Assembly: GCA_944323535.1 (NCBI GenBank)
Contig: CALUSW010000001.1
Span: 7,300 to 71,299, forward strand
DNA from: Candidatus Gastranaerophilales bacterium
Lineage (GTDB): Bacteria > Cyanobacteriota > Vampirovibrionia > Gastranaerophilales > Gastranaerophilaceae
Direction of reading: 5' to 3'
DNA length: 64,000 nt
The notes beneath the pieces were generated by a model. That model saw only the letters and a list, made by a program, of their open reading frames with translations. It searched no databases and was not told where the DNA came from. The position numbers and the translations under genes were made by a program. Positions 25,797-34,146 of this stretch are shown one piece after another; the stretch's first letter is position 1; every line of letters starts with the position of its first letter.

Positions 25797-28334
25797 TTAT
25801 AAAACCTTTGTTACTTCATATCCTGCATTTGTTACGGCTTCAATAAGTACTTTATTGTCTATATGTTTTGAACAGATTACAGTCGCGGTTTTTTGTTCAA
25901 GATTTACATCGGCGCTTTCAATTCCTTCAATCTGCTCCAGGGTATCTTTTACTCTTTTTTGGCAGTGAGCGCACATCATACCGTTAATTTTCAATATTTT
26001 TTGCATATAATTTTCTCCTTTTGATTTTTCAATATTTTCACCTGAATATGATTTAAAAAATCTCAGTCTTAAAGCATTCAGAACTACGCATACAGAACTT
26101 AAACTCATAGCCGCTGCAGCAATAACAGGTGTAAGTAATATATTATATCTATGATATAAAGCGCCTGCCGCAACGGGAATGGCTATAATATTGTAGAAAA
26201 AAGCCCAGAATAAGTTAAGTTTAATATTTTTTACGACAGCCTTACTTAATTTAATTGCTTCTGCTACATCAGTTAATGAGTTTTTCATTAAGATTATATC
26301 TGCGGAGTCTATTGCTATATCACTTCCGGAACCTATTGCAATACCTGTATTTGCTCTCATTAAAGCAGGAGCATCATTTATTCCGTCGCCTGTCATTGCA
26401 ACTTTTCTTCCGTTTTTCTGCAGAGTTTTTATCACGTTTTCTTTTTCATCAGGCAAAACTTTTGCTATTACTTCATCAATATTTAATTGTTCTGCTACGG
26501 CGCGGGCGGTTATATTATTATCTCCGGTCAAAAGAATAACCTTTAACCCCATCTTATGAAACAGCGCTATTGCCTTTTTACTTTCGGCTCTTATTTTATC
26601 TGATACCGCAATAATACCTGCCACGGTATCATTTTTTGCAAAGATTAAAGGTGTTTTACCTTGACCGGCATATTTCTCTATAATTTCTTCAATATATTTT
26701 TTATCGGGGATTTTAATATTGTTCTTTTTTATATAACTAAAATTTCCTGCTTTATAATTACTTCCGTTTATTTTGGCTGAAACGCCAAGACCGGCTGCTA
26801 ATTCAAAGTTTTCTGGCTGTATAATTTCAATATTTTCTGATTTTGCTTTTTCAACAACAGCTTTTGCCAGAGGATGACTGCTTGCACTTTCAAGAGCAGC
26901 CGCATATGTTAAAAATTCATGCATGCTTATATTATCAGAAACAATTAAAATATCTGTAACTTCCGGTTTGCCTTCAGTTACGGTCCCCGTTTTATCAAGT
27001 ACAATAGTATCTGTATAGCAAAGATTTTCAAGACTTTCGGCGGATTTTATCAAAATACCGTTTCCTGCTGCCGTTCCGATTCCCGCCATAATCGCAACGG
27101 GGGTTGCAAGCCCGAGTGCACACGGGCATGAAATAACCATTACGGATATTGCACAATTTAAAGCAAATTCAACACTTTCTCCCAGAATGAGCCATATAAC
27201 TGCGGTTATAACTGAGATTAATATAACAACAGGAACAAATATGCCGCTCACCTTATCAACCAGACGTGCGGCAAGTGCTTTTGAATTCCCGGCTTCATCA
27301 ACAAGTTTAATTATTTTTGCAAGGGTAGTATCGTTCCCCACATTTAACGCTTTTACTTTTAAATATCCGTTTTCAACGGTCGAAGCTGATATAACCCTGT
27401 CATCTTTTGTTTTCTCAACAGGAATACTTTCCCCCGTAACTGCGGATTCATTAATATGCCCCGTCCCTTCAATTATTATTCCGTCAACGGGTATTATATT
27501 TCCTGCTTTAAGTACAAGAATATCTCCTGCTTTAACTTCTTCTGCGGCAATCTCGGTTTCTTTTCCGTCTTGTAATACAATTGCGGTTTTTGGAGCTAAA
27601 TCTGTTAGTTTTTTTAAAGCATCTGATGTTTTAAGTTTTGAGCGTGCTTCAAGAAATTTTCCCAGAGTAACAATAGTTAAAATTGCGGCACAAGATTCAA
27701 AATAAAGAGTTTTTGAGTAGTTTTGAAATAAAATACTGTTACTTGTTTCAAGTGCAAACATCATCATATATATTGAAAAGATACCATATAAAAAAGAGAC
27801 TCCGGACCCTGCAGCAACAAGAGAATCCATATTGGGCATTCCTTTTAAAAGCAGCTTTATCCCTGTCTTAAAAAATTTTTTATTTATAAATATTACAGGA
27901 ATTGTTATTAACATTTGTGTAAAAGCGGAAGTTAATGGACTTATTTCAGGGTTTATAAAATCCGGAAGGTAAAAGTTAAGCATATGCCCCATTGTTATAT
28001 ACATTAGGGGAATAAGGAATATAACGGAGTATTTCAGTCTGAATTTTAAATCATGTAAGGTATTTTCCGTAATATCCCGCCTTTTTTTCCACTCAGAACG
28101 AAATTCGTTTTCTGCTGCAGTTGTTTCAAGAGAAGCACCGTAACCTGCATTAACTACGGCGGCAATAATCCTGTCCGGACTTATTTTATTTTCATCGTAA
28201 ATTACAGCCATACTGTTAGAAAGCAGATTGACATTTACACTATTAACTCCGTTTAATTTTTTTACGCTGTCATTAACATGCGCCTGACAGGCAGAACATG
28301 ACATACCTGTTATCAGAAATTTCGCTGTCTGCAT
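25797..28334 (-). CDS. copA: Copper-translocating P1B-type ATPase with N- and C-terminal HMA domains
   Basis: GMSCSACQ and GMMCAHCQ metal-binding domains, SCPCALGLATP, DKTGTVT, GDGINDAP. Confidence 0.95.
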   Translation of the reverse strand: MQTAKFLITGMSCSACQAHVNDSVKKLNGVNSVNVNLLSNSMAVIYDENKISPDRIIAAVVNAGYGASLETTAAENEFRSEWKKRRDITENTLHDLKFRLKYSVIFLIPLMYITMGHMLNFYLPDFINPEISPLTSAFTQMLITIPVIFINKKFFKTGIKLLLKGMPNMDSLVAAGSGVSFLYGIFSIYMMMFALETSNSILFQNYSKTLYFESCAAILTIVTLGKFLEARSKLKTSDALKKLTDLAPKTAIVLQDGKETEIAAEEVKAGDILVLKAGNIIPVDGIIIEGTGHINESAVTGESIPVEKTKDDRVISASTVENGYLKVKALNVGNDTTLAKIIKLVDEAGNSKALAARLVDKVSGIFVPVVILISVITAVIWLILGESVEFALNCAISVMVISCPCALGLATPVAIMAGIGTAAGNGILIKSAESLENLCYTDTIVLDKTGTVTEGKPEVTDILIVSDNISMHEFLTYAAALESASSHPLAKAVVEKAKSENIEIIQPENFELAAGLGVSAKINGSNYKAGNFSYIKKNNIKIPDKKYIEEIIEKYAGQGKTPLIFAKNDTVAGIIAVSDKIRAESKKAIALFHKMGLKVILLTGDNNITARAVAEQLNIDEVIAKVLPDEKENVIKTLQKNGRKVAMTGDGINDAPALMRANTGIAIGSGSDIAIDSADIILMKNSLTDVAEAIKLSKAVVKNIKLNLFWAFFYNIIAIPVAAGALYHRYNILLTPVIAAAAMSLSSVCVVLNALRLRFFKSYSGENIEKSKGENYMQKILKINGMMCAHCQKRVKDTLEQIEGIESADVNLEQKTATVICSKHIDNKVLIEAVTNAGYEVTKVL

Positions 28335-28353
28335 ATGTTATTCCGTTTAATTA

Positions 28354-29598
28354 CTATTTATTATACCAGTTTACATTTCTTGTAAGATACATTATAGCTG
28401 AAATTACCATAAACAGTCCCAAACTTCCGATTAAAAGTGCAAAATCCTGTAATGTCAGTAAAATATACAGGAAGGAATATAAAATAACCATTATTGCCGC
28501 AATTAATGCCGCGAAACCAATGCTTTCCTTTTTTGTAATTATAAAATAAGTATATAAAGTAACAAGACTGATAATCATCATTGCTGAAATTATATATGCG
28601 GAAAGAAATGGTATAAATTCCGATAATGATAATAAAAGCATATAAAAAATAAGCATTGCTCCTCCAAGCATTGCATATTGTACAGGATGAATTCTTCTGT
28701 CCTCTTTAGATGTTATCTCAAAAATGAAGTAGCTTAGAAAAGTTAAAGAAAGGAATAAAAAAGCATATTTCAAAATGCGTTCCGTCATCCTGTAATTATC
28801 AACCGGAATGATTAATGATACTCCGGCTTTTGGCGAAGTTTTAGCGATGAAAGTACCATTATCTTTAAAAGAAGAAGCTGCAATTCCCGGAATCGTCCAT
28901 TCCGCACTAAAACCATTATTAGTTATTTCTCTGCTTGAAGGAAGGAAATTGCCTTCAAAACTTGGATCTTTCCAGTTACCTGAAATTTTTATATTATTAT
29001 TTTGTCCGAAAGGAGTTGCATATATTTCATTTATTCCCCGGATTGTATATTTAATTTCAAAAGGAATATTTTCTGCTTTAGAATTTATTTGTGTTGTATA
29101 TTCTGTTTCATGTACAGTTATTGGTTGTTCTTTGTTTATTTTAAAAGAAGGTTCTTTAATAAAACCTGTTGAATCGGAAACATTAAAATATATCTTTATG
29201 TCCTTGCCTGCAAGGTTTCCGAAATTATTTATAAAGTCGCCCGTTAGTGTGACATCTGCAGTATAAACAGGAATTTTAAAGATACCTTTTTGACGTATTT
29301 CAGTATTGATTTTTATATCGGCATTATAATTATTCAATGTTAAATATTCTGTGATAGTTTTATTTTGTTCATCTTTTTTTGTAAAAGACATTTCGGGAGC
29401 CATTAGAATTTGCATTTTTGCCCACGAGGAAGAAACTGCATTAATTGCATCATTTCTATAAATTTTCCTGTCATGAATTATGTTAAACATAAAAGCTGCA
29501 GGTATTAAAAGAACCAAAAGAGTTATAATAATAGCCCCTATTTTTTTTATTTTATTATCTTTAGTTTCATAAGAAATCTCTTGTTCTGTATAAGTCAT
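28354..29598 (-). CDS. creD: Cell envelope integrity protein CreD
   Basis: GNWKDPSFEGNFLPSSREITNNGFSAEW parallels E. coli CreD SNWPHPSFLGDFLPAKREVSESGFQAHW from memory. C-terminal multi-TM block includes IHPVQY and NVNWY. Confidence 0.85.
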   Translation of the reverse strand: MTYTEQEISYETKDNKIKKIGAIIITLLVLLIPAAFMFNIIHDRKIYRNDAINAVSSSWAKMQILMAPEMSFTKKDEQNKTITEYLTLNNYNADIKINTEIRQKGIFKIPVYTADVTLTGDFINNFGNLAGKDIKIYFNVSDSTGFIKEPSFKINKEQPITVHETEYTTQINSKAENIPFEIKYTIRGINEIYATPFGQNNNIKISGNWKDPSFEGNFLPSSREITNNGFSAEWTIPGIAASSFKDNGTFIAKTSPKAGVSLIIPVDNYRMTERILKYAFLFLSLTFLSYFIFEITSKEDRRIHPVQYAMLGGAMLIFYMLLLSLSEFIPFLSAYIISAMMIISLVTLYTYFIITKKESIGFAALIAAIMVILYSFLYILLTLQDFALLIGSLGLFMVISAIMYLTRNVNWYNK

Positions 29599-29628
29599 AA
29601 AAACTCCTTTTATAACACATAGCCTGTA

Positions 29629-29844
29629 CTGGTATCGCCTGTCTTTTTTACGACTGCCTTTATATGGTTCTAATATTTGCTATTTGGATTTTTTTGAAAT
29701 TCCTTTACTGCAGCAATTGCAATTTAAATTGGCAAAACTTGTTTTTTGGGGTAAATCAAGCCGGTTTTAAACTGCTTTTGCAGGTGCTTGTCTTGCTTTG
29801 CTGATTCTAAATTTTTTGTTGAAGTGCAAAATTTGTCACGAATA
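29629..29844. repeat. Weaker member of the intergenic repeat family
   Basis: 29629-29638 (CTGGTATCGC) is identical to 9720-9729. 29827-29844 (CAAAATTTGTCACGAATA) resembles CAAAATTTCACGATAAG at 41380 and 62041. Confidence 0.3.
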
Positions 29845-29925
29845 TGATTATATCATAAAATTAGTTTCTTGTTCTTTTAGTATAATTTATTTATAATTAA
29901 TCTTATAGAGTGGTTTTTATTAATT

Positions 29926-31698
29926 ATGGATAAGCAAAAAATTACACAACTGGTGGATAATCAGGATTTTAAAACAGCTAAAGAATTGATTTTGCAGGAA
30001 TCTGAAGATAATAAGCAAGATATCGAAATACAAAGACTTTTGGGATTATGCAATATTAATATGGGCTGTAATGATGAAGCATTAGAAAATTTTTCATTTT
30101 TGATTGAAAAAAATCCTGATGATGCACTTTCTCTATATTATCTTGCTGCTATTCATATAGAAAAAGAAAATTTTAATAAAGCTGAAAATCTTTTGAATAA
30201 AGTAATTAATTTAAGACCGGATTACCTTGATGCATATAAAAGTTTATGTATTGTATACATCAAAGAAAAAAAATATAATAATGTCTTTGAACTTGAAGAA
30301 AGAATGCTTGAAATAAATCCGGAGGACTCCCAGATATTTGATATATTATCGGCAGCTGCAATTGAATCAAATAAACTTAATCCGGCTGTCGAATATCTTA
30401 ACAAAGCGGTTAAAATTACACCTGATAATCCTAAATATCTTAATAAGCTCGGTTTGGTTTATTTCTCGCTTGGAAATATACAAAAAGCATTAGAATATTA
30501 TGATAATGCATTATCAATGGATAATATGAATGCTTCGGCTTTATATAATAAGGGAATTGCTTTTTTCTCAATAGAAGAATTTATGAAAGCATCATCTTAT
30601 CTTAAACAGGCTTATGATATTGACAATAAACTCCAGTATTTAACAGCTTATGCATTATCCTGTCTTAAAGCAAAACAATATAAAGAATCTGTACAGGCGT
30701 ATGAACAATTGATATCGGAATCTCCGGATAAAGAAAATTTCCAATATAATCTTGCCTGTGCTTATGACGGTAATAATGAACCTGATAAAGCAATTAAAAT
30801 TATAGAAAAACTTCTTACTTTTAATCTTAGTTCAATACAGCTTAAACTTCATCTTGCTTCTTTATATTCACGCACCAAAAGAATTGAAGCGGCAAAAATT
30901 CTATATGCCGATTTAATTTCTTCCGGTGTAACAAATATTAATATTCTTTATGAATATGCTGTTTTATGTGCAAAAACAAATGATACCGATAAAGCAGAAG
31001 AAATATTAAAAAAAATTATAGCTATGGATGCTTCTTTCTTTCTTGCATACAAAGATTTGGCTATTATTTATCTTTCCAGAAGATTTTTTGACCAATCTCT
31101 TGAATATTTTAAAAAAGCATATAAACTTGCACCTGATAATAAATATGTAATTTTTGAATTTGCCAATTATTTTCATTTAATGGCAGATTTTGAGCAGGCA
31201 AAAAAATTATATTCAAAACTGCTTAAACAGGATGATCTTCCGGTATATATGCTTATTAATGTAGCTATAAATTATATTTCTATGAATATTATGAACAAAG
31301 CTAAAGAAATTTTAATGCAATTAATTGAAAAAGAACCGCAAAATATTCAGGTTTTATTTCATCTCGCGCAGGTATACTACAGCGAAAAAAATTATAAAAA
31401 TGCCCGTCAGCTGCTTGAAGATGCTTATACAATTGCACCTAATACAGAAATTGCAAATTTGCTTGCTAAAGTTTATATGGAACAGAAAGAATATAATTCC
31501 GCATATGCGCTTTTAAACTTGATAAACCTTGCTATACCGAATAATATTGCTATACTCTATGATATGGCTAATTGCAGTTATCTTGATAAGAATTATCAAC
31601 AGGCAAAAGAACATATTGATTTAATCTTAAAAATACTGCCGGAACATGAAGAGGCGCAGCAATTGCTCAGTCGAATAAAAGAAGAGGAAATAAAATGA
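29926..31698 (+). CDS. Tetratricopeptide repeat protein
   Basis: About 15 consecutive 34-aa TPR-like units (A..Y..AL..DP.N..A...LG pattern throughout). Confidence 0.85.
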   Translation: MDKQKITQLVDNQDFKTAKELILQESEDNKQDIEIQRLLGLCNINMGCNDEALENFSFLIEKNPDDALSLYYLAAIHIEKENFNKAENLLNKVINLRPDYLDAYKSLCIVYIKEKKYNNVFELEERMLEINPEDSQIFDILSAAAIESNKLNPAVEYLNKAVKITPDNPKYLNKLGLVYFSLGNIQKALEYYDNALSMDNMNASALYNKGIAFFSIEEFMKASSYLKQAYDIDNKLQYLTAYALSCLKAKQYKESVQAYEQLISESPDKENFQYNLACAYDGNNEPDKAIKIIEKLLTFNLSSIQLKLHLASLYSRTKRIEAAKILYADLISSGVTNINILYEYAVLCAKTNDTDKAEEILKKIIAMDASFFLAYKDLAIIYLSRRFFDQSLEYFKKAYKLAPDNKYVIFEFANYFHLMADFEQAKKLYSKLLKQDDLPVYMLINVAINYISMNIMNKAKEILMQLIEKEPQNIQVLFHLAQVYYSEKNYKNARQLLEDAYTIAPNTEIANLLAKVYMEQKEYNSAYALLNLINLAIPNNIAILYDMANCSYLDKNYQQAKEHIDLILKILPEHEEAQQLLSRIKEEEIK

Positions 31699-31850
31699 AA
31701 AGAAAAAACTTTTTAGTTGAAATTTTTAAATTTTTATGGAGTAAAAAAGCATACTGGATTGTTCCTGTTATTTTATTTTTAATTCTTTTGATATTCCTTA
31801 TTGCAGTCGGAACATCTCCGGTTTCACCGTTCATATATACTATAATTTAG
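31695..31850 (+). CDS. DUF5989-like small membrane protein (51 aa), not in the ORF track
   Basis: The ATG overlaps the TPR stop (ATGA). MKRKNFLVEIFKFLWSKKAYWIVPVILFLILLIFLIAVGTSPVSPFIYTII matches my memory of the family: basic N-terminus, one TM, C-terminal PFIYT. Confidence 0.6.
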   Translation: MKRKNFLVEIFKFLWSKKAYWIVPVILFLILLIFLIAVGTSPVSPFIYTII

Positions 31851-31858
31851 GATTTCAA

Positions 31859-32236
31859 ATGAAAATAAATGAACTTACAAAATTTGCAATAACTCTGGTG
31901 TTAATACCCTGGATTCCGGCTTTTATTTTGTACAAACATCAAAATGAAAATGCTGCAATTATTGTAATTGCCGTATTTATGATTTTGTCTTTAATAAGTT
32001 TTATATCAAAGACGTTTGCCGGCAGATTTAAAAAAATATTAACTGTTACAGGTGGATTTCTGGGCAGATATATAGCAATTATAATTCTGGCAATAGGCTA
32101 TATTATAGCTGTTTTGCCGACAGGATTGATTATGAAAGCTGTAAAGCGCGACAGATTAAGACTAAAGAAACCGGATACTACAACATATTGGATAAATTAT
32201 ACTGATCAGAATTCTGATTATGAATATCAATTTTAG
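31859..32236 (+). CDS. SxtJ-family-like small membrane protein
   Basis: Three hydrophobic segments followed by LPTGLIMKAVKRDRLRLKKPDTTTYW. Family call is from memory and from the context next to a carbamoyltransferase. Confidence 0.55.
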   Translation: MKINELTKFAITLVLIPWIPAFILYKHQNENAAIIVIAVFMILSLISFISKTFAGRFKKILTVTGGFLGRYIAIIILAIGYIIAVLPTGLIMKAVKRDRLRLKKPDTTTYWINYTDQNSDYEYQF

Positions 32237-32245
32237 GAAATAAAA

Positions 32246-34078
32246 ATGACGTATTTATTAGGAATAAGTGCATATTATCATGACAGTGCGGCAGCAATAA
32301 TAAAAGACGGTATTATTATAGCCGCAGCTCAGGAAGAAAGATTTACAAGAATAAAGCAGGACAGTGAATTTCCTATAAATGCAGTCAACTACTGTTTAAA
32401 AGAAGCCGGTATTGAACCTGAGCAGCTTGACGGAGTTGTATATTACGAAAAGCCTTTTGTAAAATTTGAACGTATACTTGAAACAACTATGGCATATATT
32501 CCTTTCAGTATGCGCAGTTTTATTAATGCAATGCCTGTGTGGCTGAATACAAAACTTTTTATTCCTTCTAAAATAGATAAGTATTTTGACAAGCGTTTGA
32601 CTTGTCCTATATATTTTACATCACATCATGAATCTCATTGTGCAAGTGCTTTTTACCCTTCTCCGTTTGAAGAAGCCGCTATACTCTGTCTTGACGGGGT
32701 AGGAGAATGGGATACAACAACATGGGCCGTCGGGCAAGGAAACAAAATAGATATCAAACAAAAAATTGAATTTCCGCACTCTTTAGGGCTTTTATACAGT
32801 GCTTTTACAGGATTTTTAGGCTTTAAAGTAAATTCGGGAGAATATAAGGTTATGGGACTTGCGCCCTATGGAGAGCCTGTTTATAAAGATTTAATACTTG
32901 AAAACCTGATAGATGTAAAAGAAGACGGATCTTTCTGGCTAAATCAGGAATATTTCGGATACTGTACAACCGATTATATGTTTAATAAAAAATTTGAAAA
33001 CTTATTTAAACGACCGTCGAGAAAACCGGAAACCGCACTAACTCAAAATGACATGGATATAGCCGCCAGTTTGCAAGAAGTTACGGAAGAAATTATCCTT
33101 AAACTCTCAAATTATGTATATAACCAAACAAAGATGAAAAATCTTTGTCTTGCAGGCGGATGTGCTTTAAATTGCGTATCAAACGGTAATATTTTAAAAA
33201 ACGGGAAATTTGATAATATATGGATTCAGCCTGCGGCAGGTGATGCGGGAGGAGCTCTTGGCGCTGCTCTTGCCGTTTATTATATGGGGCTTAAAAATGA
33301 AAGAATTGTAAATCCCGAAGATTCTCAAAAAGGAAGTCTTTTAGGTCCTAAATATACGGATGAAGAGATAATTGATACATTAAATAAATTTAATGCAAAA
33401 TATACTAAATATGATTCGGAAGAAGAAGTCTGCAAAATAATCGCAAAATATATTTCCGAAGGAAAAAGTATAGGTCATTTTGCGGGCAGAATGGAATACG
33501 GACCAAGAGCTTTAGGAAACAGAAGTATTCTGGCAGATCCGAGAAACAGAGAAATGCAAAGAAATTTGAATCTTGCCATTAAAAAACGTGAATCTTTCAG
33601 ACCCTTTGCTCCAAGTTGTCTTGAAGAAGATGTTGAGAAATTCTTTGATATAAAAAAAGGTAAAAAATCACCTTATATGCTTTTAACTCAGCCAATTTCA
33701 GACAGTATAAAAACTGAATTAACGCAAGAAGAAAAAAATTATAAAGGAATAGATAAGCTTAAAGCTTATCGTTCAATACTTCCGGCTATAACTCATGTAA
33801 ATTATTCGGCAAGAATACAAACGGTTTCAAAAAAAATAAATCCCAGATACTGGAATATAATTAATGAATTTAAAAAACTTACGGATTGCAGTGTTATTGT
33901 TAATACCTCTTTTAATATAAGAGGTGAACCTATTGTAAATACTCCCGAAAATGCATATAAATGTTTTATGTTTACTGATTTAGACGTTCTTGTTCTGGAA
34001 AACTATATTCTATTGAAAGAAGACCAGAAAAAACTTGAAGGTATAGAGCAATATCAAAAGCAATTTAAACTTGATTAA
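32246..34078 (+). CDS. NodU/CmcH-family carbamoyltransferase
   Basis: LGISAYYHDSAAAI, AAQEERFTRIK, SHHESHCASAF, GGCALNCV, C-terminal domain NTSFNIRGEPIV. Confidence 0.9.
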   Translation: MTYLLGISAYYHDSAAAIIKDGIIIAAAQEERFTRIKQDSEFPINAVNYCLKEAGIEPEQLDGVVYYEKPFVKFERILETTMAYIPFSMRSFINAMPVWLNTKLFIPSKIDKYFDKRLTCPIYFTSHHESHCASAFYPSPFEEAAILCLDGVGEWDTTTWAVGQGNKIDIKQKIEFPHSLGLLYSAFTGFLGFKVNSGEYKVMGLAPYGEPVYKDLILENLIDVKEDGSFWLNQEYFGYCTTDYMFNKKFENLFKRPSRKPETALTQNDMDIAASLQEVTEEIILKLSNYVYNQTKMKNLCLAGGCALNCVSNGNILKNGKFDNIWIQPAAGDAGGALGAALAVYYMGLKNERIVNPEDSQKGSLLGPKYTDEEIIDTLNKFNAKYTKYDSEEEVCKIIAKYISEGKSIGHFAGRMEYGPRALGNRSILADPRNREMQRNLNLAIKKRESFRPFAPSCLEEDVEKFFDIKKGKKSPYMLLTQPISDSIKTELTQEEKNYKGIDKLKAYRSILPAITHVNYSARIQTVSKKINPRYWNIINEFKKLTDCSVIVNTSFNIRGEPIVNTPENAYKCFMFTDLDVLVLENYILLKEDQKKLEGIEQYQKQFKLD

Positions 34079-34146
34079 AGTATACAAATCATTGTTAAAA
34101 AGCCTAAAATCTTTTACAATATATATAAAGAGATTTTGGGATTATT

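Noticed and set aside
25797-28334. CopA with metal-binding domains at both termini as a novelty
   Set aside because: Dual N- and C-terminal HMA domains are known in P1B ATPases (for example archaeal CopA). All catalytic motifs are canonical.
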